A DNA stretch of 64,000 nt from an uncultured Chloroflexia bacterium (lineage in GTDB: Bacteria > Chloroflexota > Anaerolineae > Anaerolineales > UBA4823), in assembly GCA_963797475.1 (NCBI GenBank), contig CAWCPR010000001.1, forward strand, positions 53,284 to 117,283, in the 5' to 3' direction. Under the pieces are notes generated by a model. That model had not been told where the DNA came from and did not search any database. It worked only from the letters and a program-made list of their open reading frames with translations. The position numbers were made by a program, and so were the translations under genes. Positions 27,382-37,234 of this stretch are shown here, piece by piece (the first letter of the stretch is position 1; every line of letters starts with the position of its first letter).

Positions 27382-28160
27382 CAGTCGCTGTGGGATTTGA
27401 ACGGAAGGCGCGGCGAGGAAGGGTGGTTCCGGGTCTCGAAGGAGTGCAGCAATTCACCCTGGGAGATGGCTTCCATCAGCGCCTGCGTTTCCGCCATCGG
27501 TCCAACGCCTAATTCATCTTCGAGCACAAATTCTAGGCGCTGGTAGGCAGCCAGCGCAGCCGCCCGGTCGCCGGACAGGTAATGCAAGGAGATCAGATCG
27601 CGATAGATGGTTTCCGATAGCGGATCCAGCTCACAGGCGCGGCGGACGAAGCTTACCGCCGTTGAAAAATCGTTCAATGCCCGGTAGTGTGCAGCCAGCC
27701 GGCTGAGCGCGTCGATTTGCATTTGGCGAAAATGCTCCCGCACCGGAAGCACCCACTCATCGAAGATATTCAAAAGAAGATCGTCTCGATACAGGGAGAC
27801 GGCATTCGTAAGGCTGGCCAGATTGGATTGTTGGTAACTGCGTTCGAACTCATCGATATCGATCCAGGCGCTGGCGTTGGCGTTCCAGGAAATCATCTCC
27901 CGCCCAACAGCGATCCATTCGCCATCCTCGGGCAGAGCTGAACGGGCTTCACTGAGAGCGCGGCGAAGCAAGCCGGAGGCGCGCGCTTCAGACTGGTCGG
28001 GCCAAAGGATCGCGGCCACACGCAGGCGTGGGAGGGGGCGATTTCGATGCAGCAGCAAGTAAGCCAGGAGACGCTGGGCGCGGGGACGCAAACCTGTGAT
28101 CAGTTCATGGGAATTCAAAGTGATCAGAAAATCGCCGAATAACCTGAGCTGCAGACTCAT
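27300..28160 (-). CDS. AfsR/SARP-family regulator, N-terminal OmpR-type winged helix plus BTAD portion
   Basis: Contains LRLFGDFLIT...RLLAYLLLHR (SARP DNA-binding) and a BTAD helical region. It is probably one gene with 24655-27381, separated by a frameshift or programmed overlap. Confidence 0.75.
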   Translation of the reverse strand: MSLQLRLFGDFLITLNSHELITGLRPRAQRLLAYLLLHRNRPLPRLRVAAILWPDQSEARASGLLRRALSEARSALPEDGEWIAVGREMISWNANASAWIDIDEFERSYQQSNLASLTNAVSLYRDDLLLNIFDEWVLPVREHFRQMQIDALSRLAAHYRALNDFSTAVSFVRRACELDPLSETIYRDLISLHYLSGDRAAALAAYQRLEFVLEDELGVGPMAETQALMEAISQGELLHSFETRNHPSSPRLPFKSHSDWWVEKVRWPGCSSYGKASQAGRAVWRS

Positions 28161-28202
28161 GGTCCAATCCCCGTAGGTTCAGGCGCGGATATCTGATAAA
28201 TT

Positions 28203-29384
28203 TTACCCCACTCTTTTGCCCCCCTGAAACACCCCTGCGATCAACCGCAATGCACTGACGTCCTCGAGTGGATTCGCATCCAGCAAAACCAGGTCCGCAA
28301 TTTTCCCCACTTCAATCGTGCCGCGCTCGCTTTCATCGAGCAATTTCGCCGCGCTTGAAGTCGCCGCGATCAACGCCTCGCGCGGCTGCATGCCGCATTC
28401 GACCATCAGCTCAACTTCGCGGGCGATGCGACCGTGGCGAGCGGCGCCGCCGCCGGCGTCCGTCCCCAACGCAATCGGCACGCCGGCTCGGATCGCGGCT
28501 GAGACGGAGGCGCGCGAGTTTTCACGTAAATTCTCTGCCCGCTTTTTACGCGCTTCAGGCCACTCGACTTCACGGGCGTAGTACAGCATCGCATCCCAGA
28601 CGGACAGGGTCGGCACCAGGTAGGTATTATTTACCGCCATCACTTGCAAGTCATCCGCATTCAAGAACATGCCATGCTCGAGCGAGTCCACGCCGGCGCG
28701 GGCGGCGATGCGGCAACTGGCTGCATCATTCGCATGGCAGGCGATTTTGAATCCGGCGCGGTGCGATTCCTCGACTGCGACCGCCAGGTATTTCTCATCG
28801 AATGGGATCTCCGGCGCACCTTCCGGGCGGGCGCCTTGGTTCCAGCCATCCAGCGCAACTTTGATCCAGTCCGCGCCGGCCTCCATCTCGGCCCGGATCG
28901 CGGCGCGCAGCTCATCCGCGTCGCCAAACTGGCGCACGAACGAAACATAGGTGCCGCGATGGGCGATGTGATATCCGGCGGCGTGCATGTGCGGGGCGCG
29001 TATCGCCTCGGAATTTGCCCGGCGAGCCAGCTCGATGGCTACGTTATGGACACCGCCGGCATCCCGCGCGGTGGTGACTCCAGCGCGCAGGCTCGTCTCG
29101 GCCAGCTCGCAGGCGCGCAGCGTCAGCTCGGGCAACGGATCTAAAAATCGGGCGATCCAGTCCGGACCGCCGGGGCTGCTGTAATGCACGTGGCAATCCA
29201 TCATCCCCGGAATGAGCGTGCGGGCTGCGCCGTCAACGACGGAGAACTCTGCGCGCTTGCCCTGCCACTCGCTGGCCGCGCCGACCCAGTGAATGCGCCC
29301 CTGGCGTATCTCGACCGACATCTTTATTTGCGACGGCGTGTTTGTGCCATCCCACAGGCGGACATTTTCAATGAGAAGGTTCAT
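28203..29384 (-). CDS. Metal-dependent amidohydrolase family protein
   Basis: MDCHVHY metal site and Ala/Asp-rich TIM-barrel motifs; conserved length. Confidence 0.85.
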   Translation of the reverse strand: MNLLIENVRLWDGTNTPSQIKMSVEIRQGRIHWVGAASEWQGKRAEFSVVDGAARTLIPGMMDCHVHYSSPGGPDWIARFLDPLPELTLRACELAETSLRAGVTTARDAGGVHNVAIELARRANSEAIRAPHMHAAGYHIAHRGTYVSFVRQFGDADELRAAIRAEMEAGADWIKVALDGWNQGARPEGAPEIPFDEKYLAVAVEESHRAGFKIACHANDAASCRIAARAGVDSLEHGMFLNADDLQVMAVNNTYLVPTLSVWDAMLYYAREVEWPEARKKRAENLRENSRASVSAAIRAGVPIALGTDAGGGAARHGRIAREVELMVECGMQPREALIAATSSAAKLLDESERGTIEVGKIADLVLLDANPLEDVSALRLIAGVFQGGKRVG

Positions 29385-29411
29385 CCTGGCGCTCCTTTGT
29401 TTGCCGGGCTG

Positions 29412-29702
29412 CTAAAGGTTCATAATTTCCAGCCGTAGCGTCACTTCGTCGCCTTCCTCGAGATTTTCTGCCTTTCGGACGCTGGCTTTGATGGGCACAA
29501 TGTAGCGCTCATCTTTAGGCCACAAGGCCGTCTTCCACTCGGTTTTGCCGATGCGAACTTTTACCGGGATCATCCCCCAACCATAAGTCACAATTCCTGA
29601 AATCACTTTCAGGACGCGGCTCGGTTCATCCGGGACGGTAACGAAGTACCATGGGGCGGGGCCACGCCAGAACCAAATTATGCCGCTGATCTCGAAGTGC
29701 AT
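29412..29702 (-). CDS. DUF1905-like small protein
   Basis: Its 96 aa have a pattern typical of the family. Confidence 0.5.
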   Translation of the reverse strand: MHFEISGIIWFWRGPAPWYFVTVPDEPSRVLKVISGIVTYGWGMIPVKVRIGKTEWKTALWPKDERYIVPIKASVRKAENLEEGDEVTLRLEIMNL

Positions 29703-29727
29703 CGGTTTATCACTTCATTAATATCCC

Positions 29728-30276
29728 CTACCACAATTCTCCCTCTCTCCATTCCGCCGAAAGTGGGGCATCCAGGTCTAAGGCGGGTGTTTTCGGGAGT
29801 CGAAAAATCATGACTTCTTCGTCCTGCGGAGAACGGATCCGATGATCGTTCATCCTGATGAACAGCGGACCGCGCCACAGCTCCCATCCCAGTCGCCCAT
29901 AGTATTCAACGCTAAATGGCGAGAGCGCAGCCAGCTCGTAATCTTGAATCTCACCAATTAAACACTTCATAATCGAGGATGCAAAACCGCGATTGCGATA
30001 AGCCGGTTCGGTTGCCACGGCTTCCACATACGCAGTGCGCATGGGCGGATATTTTCCTGCCTGTAAATAGCGCGGCACCCAGGCGGCATGGCTGACCAAT
30101 GAATCCCCATAATAGCCAAGAACGTGGGATGCATTGACGAGTGTGTCGAAGAGTGTCGCCATGTCTTTTTCATAGGCGCGATTGCAAAGCGAGACGATTT
30201 CTTTTTTCAAATGCTCAGAGCGTTCTTTGCTGTGTACAACTTTAATGTCGAGGGATTCCATATTTTGATGTGGCAT
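29728..30276 (-). CDS. GNAT family N-acetyltransferase
   Basis: Acetyl-CoA binding motif RNRGFASSIM. Confidence 0.8.
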   Translation of the reverse strand: MPHQNMESLDIKVVHSKERSEHLKKEIVSLCNRAYEKDMATLFDTLVNASHVLGYYGDSLVSHAAWVPRYLQAGKYPPMRTAYVEAVATEPAYRNRGFASSIMKCLIGEIQDYELAALSPFSVEYYGRLGWELWRGPLFIRMNDHRIRSPQDEEVMIFRLPKTPALDLDAPLSAEWREGELW

Positions 30277-30414
30277 GTAGGGTGCTCAAACCTGGCTGAC
30301 GGTTCGGTCTGCCTGCTGAGGCCAGGCGGCTTCCAAGGGAAGGCTATCCAGTTGATGATTGTATCCTGAAAAATCCCTTTCTTGCGGATAAATATTTCCG
30401 TAAACTCGATTGAA

Positions 30415-30640
30415 CTTTTCCCTTCCCTTGTTCCCACGCGGAGCGTGGAAACATCGCCCTCACCCCTGCCCCTCTCCCGCGTGCGGGCGAGGGGAATCTG
30501 GCCGGCAGGCAGTTTCCCCTTGTTCCCACGCTCCGCGTGGGAACAACTTCTTTCCGCTCCGCGGGCTCTTTGCGCGGTCAAGGCGCATGGACGCAGAGCT
30601 CACGGAAGAGGTTACCACGCAGAGCGTGGTAACCAGGAAC
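30415..30640. repeat. Cluster of palindromic hairpin repeats (CCACGC-NNN-GCGTGG / CCCGCGTGCGGG family)
   Basis: Contains TTCCCACGCGGAGCGTGGAAACA, CTCTCCCGCGTGCGGGCGAGGGG, GTTCCCACGCTCCGCGTGGGAACA and GGTTACCACGCAGAGCGTGGTAACC. The same family occurs at 16750-16990 and 33057-33081. Confidence 0.75.
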
Positions 30641-30926
30641 CAGGAACCAACCAAGAACAAGAGATATGGCAGCCCCATATATGGGTGAAAATTCCAAAAT
30701 ATAGGTTTTAACCCCCGTATATGGGGCATTTTTACGCCGGAATTAACCTTGACATTTCCAATTCGTACTATAATTAAAGCGCGTACGCAGTTGGCAGGGG
30801 ACCGGCGTTGTGGCAGCGAGCACCAACCGCCAAAACACGCCTGTCGTCGCTGGCCGCGTACTTATCGATTAACCTGGTTAAGGCAGCCCAGCCCATGCGA
30901 CTTTCAGGCGGCTTCCCAGGACAAAA

Positions 30927-30982
30927 GTGTTGGGCGCGCTTTGCGGGCCGCGCAACATGATTTTAGATCAACATCAAAATAG
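30927..30982 (+). repeat. Copy C of conserved bipartite ~60-nt motif, ending 9 nt before the ATG of the SPFH gene (includes GGAG RBS)
   Basis: GTGTTGGGCGCGCTTTGCGGGCCGCGCAACATGATTTTAGATCAACATCAAAATAGGAG. Confidence 0.7.
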
Positions 30983-30991
30983 GAGTTTGCA

Positions 30992-33010
30992 ATGTTAGGC
31001 CCACTGATTACCATCGTCGTGCTCTTCCTGCTGATCCTGATCCTGTTATCCGGGGTGCGCTATATCCCCAACAACCGCATCGGGATCGTGGAAAAGCGTT
31101 TCAGCGCTGCCGGCTCGGTCAAATCGGGCTTTATCGCGCTGAACAAGGAAGCCGGCTTTCAGCCCCAGGTGCTGCGCGGCGGCCTGCACTACCTGACGCC
31201 GTTCCAGTACGCCGTCCACATGGCGCCCCTGGTGACCATCACCCAGGGCAAGATCGGCTACATCTTCGCCCGCGACGGCGCCCCCCTGGCGCCCGACCAG
31301 ACCCTGGCCTCCAACGTCCAGGTCAGCGACTTCCAGGACGTGCAGGCCTTTCTGAAGAACGGCGGCCAACGCGGCCCGCAGCGCCGCATCCTGCGCGAGG
31401 GCACCTACGCCATCAACCTGGTCCAGTTCGTGGTCATCACCGAGGAGCACGTCTTCAGCCTGCCGCTCAGCCGCAACGAGACGGAGGTGGTCCAGCGCAT
31501 GGCGGACGTGATCGCCGAGCGTAAGGGTTTCCGCGCAGTCGTGATCAAGGACACCGACGACCTGGTCGGGATCGTGACCGTCCACGACGGCCCGTCCCTG
31601 GTCCAGGGCGAGATTATCGCCCCGATCGTCGGCGATTCGCCGGCCGACCCGCAGACCTTCCACAACAACTTCCAGAACCCCGAGCATTTTCTGGCGGCCG
31701 GCGGCTACCGCGGGCGCCAATTGCAGGTGCTGGTGGAGGGCACCTATTACATCAACCGCCTGTTCGCCACGGTCGAGATGATCCAGAAGACCATCATCGA
31801 CGTCGGCATGGTGGGCGTGGTTGTCTCATACACCGGCGCCACCGGCGCCGACCTGTCCGGCATGGATTACCGCCACGGCGAGCTGGTGGAGCGCGGCAAG
31901 CGCGGCGTGTGGTCCGAGCCGCTGCTGCCAGGCAAGTACGCCTTCAACACCTACGCCGGCAAGGTCATCACCGTCCCGACCACCAACATCATCCTGAAAT
32001 GGATCCGCTCCGAGATTGGCTCGCACCGCTTCGACGAGAACTTGAGCGAGGTCTCGCTGATCACCCGCGACGCCTTCGAGCCGTCCCTGCCGCTTTCGGT
32101 CGTGATCCACATCGACTACCAGAAAGCCCCGCTGGTGATCCAGCGCTTCGGGGATGTCAAGCGCCTGGTGGAGCAGACCCTGGACCCGATGGTCTCGGCC
32201 TACTTCAAGAATATCGGCCAGACCCGCACCCTGATCCAGCTCATCCAGGAGCGCAGCCAGATCCAATCCATCGCCAGCCAGGAGATGAAGGACAAGTTCG
32301 AGCACTACAACCTGCAGCTCGAAGAGGTGCTGATCGGCACGCCATCCTCCGCCGCCGGCGGCGACAAGGCCATCGAGACCATCCTGACCCAGCTTCGCCA
32401 GCGCCAGATCGCGGTCGAGCAGATCGAGACCTACACCCGCCAGGAGACGGCGGCTACCAAGGAGCGCGAGCTGCGCGAAGCCGAGGCCCGCGCCCAGCAA
32501 CAGCGCAGCATCACCGAATCGGAGCTGAGCATCATCGTGCAGACCAACCAGGGCAAGGCCGAATACCAGCGGGCCGTGCAGCAGTCATCCCAGATCCGCA
32601 CCCTGGCCCAGGCTGAGGCGGAGAAATTGGCCCGGCTGGGCATCGCCCAGGGCCTGGCGATCGACGAGCAGGTGCGGGCTTACGGCGGGCCGCAGTTCCA
32701 GGTCACCCAGCAGGTGATGAACCGCTTCGCCGACGCCATCCAGACTTCGCAGGTGGACGTGGTGCCGCGGGTGGTGGTGAGCGGCGGCGGGCAGGACGGC
32801 AGCCCGACCACCGGCAGCATCATGGAGGGCCTGCTGACCCTGCTGCTCTCGGAGAAGATGGGCGTGGCGGTCAACGGCGAGCAAAAGCCGCGTTCCCCGC
32901 AGGCCGAAACGCTGCGCCAGCAGATCCTGGTCAGTTTACAGAAGGGCGCCGATGCGCCGGCCGACAGGCCGGGCGAGCTGCCCCAGGGCGGGGGAGGTGA
33001 AAACAATTAA
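30992..33010 (+). CDS. SPFH/band-7 (flotillin-like) membrane protein with long coiled-coil
   Basis: N-terminal TM helix LITIVVLFLLILILL, a band-7 domain and a Glu/Ala/Gln-rich coiled-coil. Confidence 0.85.
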   Translation: MLGPLITIVVLFLLILILLSGVRYIPNNRIGIVEKRFSAAGSVKSGFIALNKEAGFQPQVLRGGLHYLTPFQYAVHMAPLVTITQGKIGYIFARDGAPLAPDQTLASNVQVSDFQDVQAFLKNGGQRGPQRRILREGTYAINLVQFVVITEEHVFSLPLSRNETEVVQRMADVIAERKGFRAVVIKDTDDLVGIVTVHDGPSLVQGEIIAPIVGDSPADPQTFHNNFQNPEHFLAAGGYRGRQLQVLVEGTYYINRLFATVEMIQKTIIDVGMVGVVVSYTGATGADLSGMDYRHGELVERGKRGVWSEPLLPGKYAFNTYAGKVITVPTTNIILKWIRSEIGSHRFDENLSEVSLITRDAFEPSLPLSVVIHIDYQKAPLVIQRFGDVKRLVEQTLDPMVSAYFKNIGQTRTLIQLIQERSQIQSIASQEMKDKFEHYNLQLEEVLIGTPSSAAGGDKAIETILTQLRQRQIAVEQIETYTRQETAATKERELREAEARAQQQRSITESELSIIVQTNQGKAEYQRAVQQSSQIRTLAQAEAEKLARLGIAQGLAIDEQVRAYGGPQFQVTQQVMNRFADAIQTSQVDVVPRVVVSGGGQDGSPTTGSIMEGLLTLLLSEKMGVAVNGEQKPRSPQAETLRQQILVSLQKGADAPADRPGELPQGGGGENN

Positions 33011-33056
33011 GCGCGAAAGTTGGAAGGGATCGAAGACTTCCAATCGACGCAGAGCG

Positions 33057-33095
33057 TCAGGAAAGGGTTACCACGCTCCGCGTGGTAACCAGGAG
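33057..33095. terminator. Bidirectional hairpin terminator between convergent genes
   Basis: Perfect palindrome GGTTACCACGCTCCGCGTGGTAACC followed by GTTTTC. A second hairpin TTGGAAG...CTTCCAA lies at 33021-33044. Confidence 0.5.
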
Positions 33096-33125
33096 AGGTT
33101 TTCAATGAGGCTGCTCTCGATCAGC

Positions 33126-33707
33126 TCATTGTAGAATAACGTCCTTACACCAGTCGTCGATGAAATCATCTCCGTTCTGCACCTGAACGACTGCGTGGCC
33201 ACAGGCGAGCGCCACTCCGGAGGTAAAGGTCTGCGAACCGGTGATCTTTACCTCCGCCTGCCATTGCGCTTTTCCGCCGCTCACACATTGGCCTTCTGTG
33301 TGGCCAACCGCCGAGCCATTGGTGTTAACCGGACCATCCACCACTTCGAGCAGATAATTTTGCCCCGTACCAGGGAGAACGCCGGATACCTTATCCACAT
33401 CCTGGCTTACCGTCACATCTACCTGAAAATTTTTACCCCCTGTCGGACAGATGCCGTGTCCCTGGACCGTGACGGACTTCCCATTATTGGTCAATGTTAA
33501 ATTATCCTGGATTCCAAATGGGACGGATATCAGCCGTCTGGCTAAAACGGTCGTATTCCCATTCCCTGAATTTTCTGCCGGTTGACTGAAGGTAAAATTC
33601 ATAAAACTTCCCGCGGACGCAGAGCGACCGGTGATGAAAATGAAAACCGCCAAAATAACTATGCCGGTTATCAAAGAACCCAATACAAAATATGCTCGAG
33701 GCTTCAT
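33126..33707 (-). CDS. Small secreted/membrane-anchored Cys-containing hypothetical protein
   Basis: Start chosen at MKPRAYF, just upstream of the TM/signal segment LGSLITGIVILAVFIFI; RBS GGAGGA is present. Confidence 0.5.
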   Translation of the reverse strand: MKPRAYFVLGSLITGIVILAVFIFITGRSASAGSFMNFTFSQPAENSGNGNTTVLARRLISVPFGIQDNLTLTNNGKSVTVQGHGICPTGGKNFQVDVTVSQDVDKVSGVLPGTGQNYLLEVVDGPVNTNGSAVGHTEGQCVSGGKAQWQAEVKITGSQTFTSGVALACGHAVVQVQNGDDFIDDWCKDVILQ

Positions 33708-34016
33708 ATCTTCCTCCTTGAATAATATTGAAGTACGCGAAATCAAAAACTACCACCTCATCAGCTTGCCTCGAGGTAAGACTAGCTGATGAAAGTGGTA
33801 GTTATCGATTGCGATTGTGTGTATTTAATTCAGCTGCCCTAAACGCCCCGAGTTTCCGTAGTTTCCCCTTTCGAGACATCCAGCAGCCATTGCCGAGAAA
33901 GATGCTCCGGGGATACCTGGCAGGCTCCTATATTATAACGATGGATATATTTTATGTCAAATTGAGCGCAGATAACCCGCTGACGCATTTCATTATAGGA
34001 TAGGCAGAGCTGTTTC

Positions 34017-36890
34017 TTAAATCTGCTGGAAATCTCCAAACCGGCTTACATCCAATGATCTCCTGTCTTTCCCGATTCTCAACAGGAGCTCGCCCATGCG
34101 TGCGCTGTCCACAAACCAGGGCGATTCAGGAAAGCTGGCTGTCTCCTCAATCTCATATCCGGCTACATAGAACAGGCGGGCGGACCCGTCATGAAGCGAG
34201 GCAAGCACTGTACCGGCGTCATATCCGAGCGGTCGAATCACCGTTCTAACGTCGATCCCCTCTAACCAGGGCCCGGATATGGGATAAAGCGGGTTAATGG
34301 TGTCATACACGAAAAGGCCGCCACGCCCGCCAACGACCAGCTTTCCAGGCGCGCGCGCCAGGCTCCTGCAGCCATCCATGGCGATCTCGTTGGCTTTACA
34401 CAGACGGGTTGAATACGTTTCCAGGCTTTCCTTCGTCAGCGCATAAAGCCCTTTTGAGCTGGCGGCTGCATCCAGGATCGGGAGTGATTGGCAACCGGCC
34501 ACGGCCTGTTTCCGCACCCCATTCCCATCGATCCAACCAAAACCGTCCTCGCCAAAAAAGAGCAGCGCGCCTTGCCAGGTCAGAGCGCCGCGCACGCCAG
34601 CTATCTTCCACGACCGAAAGAGCGCCGGCCGGGTGGGGTTGCTGAAATCGTACATCTTGATCCCGTCGCGCACCACGGCGAGGATGCAGCGCCTTCCGAA
34701 AACCGTCGTCGCTTGCACGGAGGTACATTCTTCATTGAGCGATAGCGATCCGAGCTGGACCAGGAGCTGCTGGCCGACATCGATTCCCTGGACGTCCTCA
34801 GTCGATTCGTCCTCCGGACTGCGGTATGCCAGGCTATTTGCCTCCCTGATCCAGGTTCCTCCAACTGCTCCCCTGCCGTGGATCACTTGCAGTTCGTTTA
34901 TTTCTCCTGCCACAGGCGCTACCAGCGCCGACATCCGCATGGGTGTTCCGGTCATTGCGGTGGCCCGTACCAATTCCTGGTTTTCGGAATCGACCAGGGC
35001 CGCCATTTCGCCAACCTGAAGTCCCGTGATCTCTACCTGCCACAAATGTCTGACAAGCGCCTCGACCGGCCCATCCACCGACCAGAGTGGATTGTAGCCA
35101 TGGTAATAGCGGAAAAATGGCGCCATCTGCTGCTCGCAGTCCCCGATCTTCACCAACAACTCGGCTGCGAGCTTGTTGATGTCTTCTTGCGTTATCTTCG
35201 GCGGCGGCCCAATCCGTAGCAGCCGCGTCCCAGCCGTCGTCTTGACGAGCAGATCGCAAGCATAATAGTTGCCAGGCCCAGGCTGATAATATTCATCGAT
35301 GGGGATGGGGATATCCAGAGAAAAATCGATCCCTGCCGGCCCGGCGTTCACGCGAATGCTCGAGCGCGGGAATGCACCGCAACTGTCAGTGACCACATTC
35401 CAGTCGCACAGATAGATCGGCGTCGTCCCCTGGTTATCGATAACAGCTCCTGCATGCAGAATGACGAATCCTGCCGTTGACTCCTGGAACGCCGCAACCA
35501 GCGAAATGCCAGCCGGGCCGCAGGTGATTTTTGGCGGCTGCCACTTGAACTCTCGCACCGACGTGCTGATTGCTGCCGGTGTGAGGGCCACGGACTTCAT
35601 CGTACCCACCAAAGAGATGCCGCCCTCGAGAGCCAGTAAGTTGGTCAGGGTGATGCTAATTCCGCTGGCTACCTGCGGCATCTGCACCATTTTCTTGCAT
35701 TCGATAAGGATGGAGGAAACCTTCTTGCAGTAGGGCGCATCCTCGATCTCGTTAAAGTCCACCAGCGCCGACCCGATTTGTACCTGCATAAACCCCTCGA
35801 TTCCATTGCTGAGGGTCGGAAGAAAAAACTCGACCAGGTCGAAACTATGGATGAGGCTGATTACGCTCGAGTAATCGGCTTGCAGCATCAACGTATTCGG
35901 TTCGCTGACCGAAACAACCATCGGGATGCTCGGGTCGCGCACGATCGTTCCAACATGCCCGGGTAAATCGTAAACACCCTCCACGTCCAGCGTAAAAACA
36001 GCTCGGCCGTCTGCGTACGAATAACTGCAGCCGGGAAAGGTCGTGAGGTTGTCCACATCGATTTTGTTCAAGGCCTGGCTCACTTCCACAATCGCCCAGT
36101 TGGTGATCAACCCAGAATCGATATAGAAGGCCCAATCGTTGCCGCCGAGCCGGTCGCTAAAATTCCCTTTGAAGAATTCAGACCATAACTCTGCCAGGGG
36201 TTCACCGCCAATTTGCGCCCGGAATGAGATCCGCTGGAGCTGGCTATCCACGCTCACGCCGGCGTTCAGGAAATTCCCCCAGATGGAATTGAACTTTTGG
36301 ATGCCGGCAGGACGCGTCACTGACGGGATCGCTTTACGCAGCGCTTTCTGAACTTCCTCGTAAAGCTGGTCGGTATTGATTGGCGGTGGGATTTGGGATG
36401 GGTCGAAGTTGGGCGGCAACAAGGGAAGCTGCCCGGGGATGGCCCTGTTGTAACGCAACCCGATCGTGCAGTCCTCATCGGCCGGCCCCGTCGTAAGATC
36501 AAAGGCTGCGCTCACAGAAAAGTCTAAATCAAAGACCAGCGTAGCCTGAATCGGAACCGTGATTGCGGGCGGCTGGTTTGGGCGCGAAAGGATGTCATTC
36601 AAAGTGGTGACGTAAATGGTTACATCTTGAAAGATCTGCGTCTGATAGCCATTCGCACTCCTCGGCAACCAATTGTATTGATCTTCGTAGCCGCCCCCTC
36701 TTTCATAGATTGTAAAGCTCGTCGGTTGATCGTGACGAATGGCGTTGTTGCCAAACTCGATCCTGTCAATAATGATTTGGACCGGTCCGACCGATAATGG
36801 TCGCGGCAGGCAAAGCTGCATGGAGCGAAGCGCGGTTCGCTGGGCCGCCAGAAACGCGGACATGCTGATCTGGAACTGGAGCAAGGACAT
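34017..36890 (-). CDS. Large orphan hypothetical protein (957 aa)
   Basis: Long ORF with coding-like composition and no recognisable catalytic motif. AT-rich tracts flank it at 33720-34060 and 36890-37230. Confidence 0.6.
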   Translation of the reverse strand: MSLLQFQISMSAFLAAQRTALRSMQLCLPRPLSVGPVQIIIDRIEFGNNAIRHDQPTSFTIYERGGGYEDQYNWLPRSANGYQTQIFQDVTIYVTTLNDILSRPNQPPAITVPIQATLVFDLDFSVSAAFDLTTGPADEDCTIGLRYNRAIPGQLPLLPPNFDPSQIPPPINTDQLYEEVQKALRKAIPSVTRPAGIQKFNSIWGNFLNAGVSVDSQLQRISFRAQIGGEPLAELWSEFFKGNFSDRLGGNDWAFYIDSGLITNWAIVEVSQALNKIDVDNLTTFPGCSYSYADGRAVFTLDVEGVYDLPGHVGTIVRDPSIPMVVSVSEPNTLMLQADYSSVISLIHSFDLVEFFLPTLSNGIEGFMQVQIGSALVDFNEIEDAPYCKKVSSILIECKKMVQMPQVASGISITLTNLLALEGGISLVGTMKSVALTPAAISTSVREFKWQPPKITCGPAGISLVAAFQESTAGFVILHAGAVIDNQGTTPIYLCDWNVVTDSCGAFPRSSIRVNAGPAGIDFSLDIPIPIDEYYQPGPGNYYACDLLVKTTAGTRLLRIGPPPKITQEDINKLAAELLVKIGDCEQQMAPFFRYYHGYNPLWSVDGPVEALVRHLWQVEITGLQVGEMAALVDSENQELVRATAMTGTPMRMSALVAPVAGEINELQVIHGRGAVGGTWIREANSLAYRSPEDESTEDVQGIDVGQQLLVQLGSLSLNEECTSVQATTVFGRRCILAVVRDGIKMYDFSNPTRPALFRSWKIAGVRGALTWQGALLFFGEDGFGWIDGNGVRKQAVAGCQSLPILDAAASSKGLYALTKESLETYSTRLCKANEIAMDGCRSLARAPGKLVVGGRGGLFVYDTINPLYPISGPWLEGIDVRTVIRPLGYDAGTVLASLHDGSARLFYVAGYEIEETASFPESPWFVDSARMGELLLRIGKDRRSLDVSRFGDFQQI

Positions 36891-37234
36891 TTGTCACCTA
36901 TTTAGATTTCGCCAAGAAACTTAATTGGTTATAATGGACAACTCAGGTATGAATTACCCCCATAGATATGGTAACAGGTACCTTCAAATTGTCAATGACC
37001 AATGTCCAGACCAGGATGCATGAAGGCGAAATTGACATCGATGCTGAGCTCGTTCAGCGGTTGCTGATCATCCCCTATTATCCCGAAACAAACCCGGAAT
37101 TTGTCAACATGGCGAAACGCACCGTTGCGGAAATACTAACCGATCTCCGGTAGCCAGACTTTCGTCCCCACGCCAGAAGTGCAGCGTCACCTGGGCGAAT
37201 TCACCTGGGCAAATTCGCCTAAGATAGACGGAAG

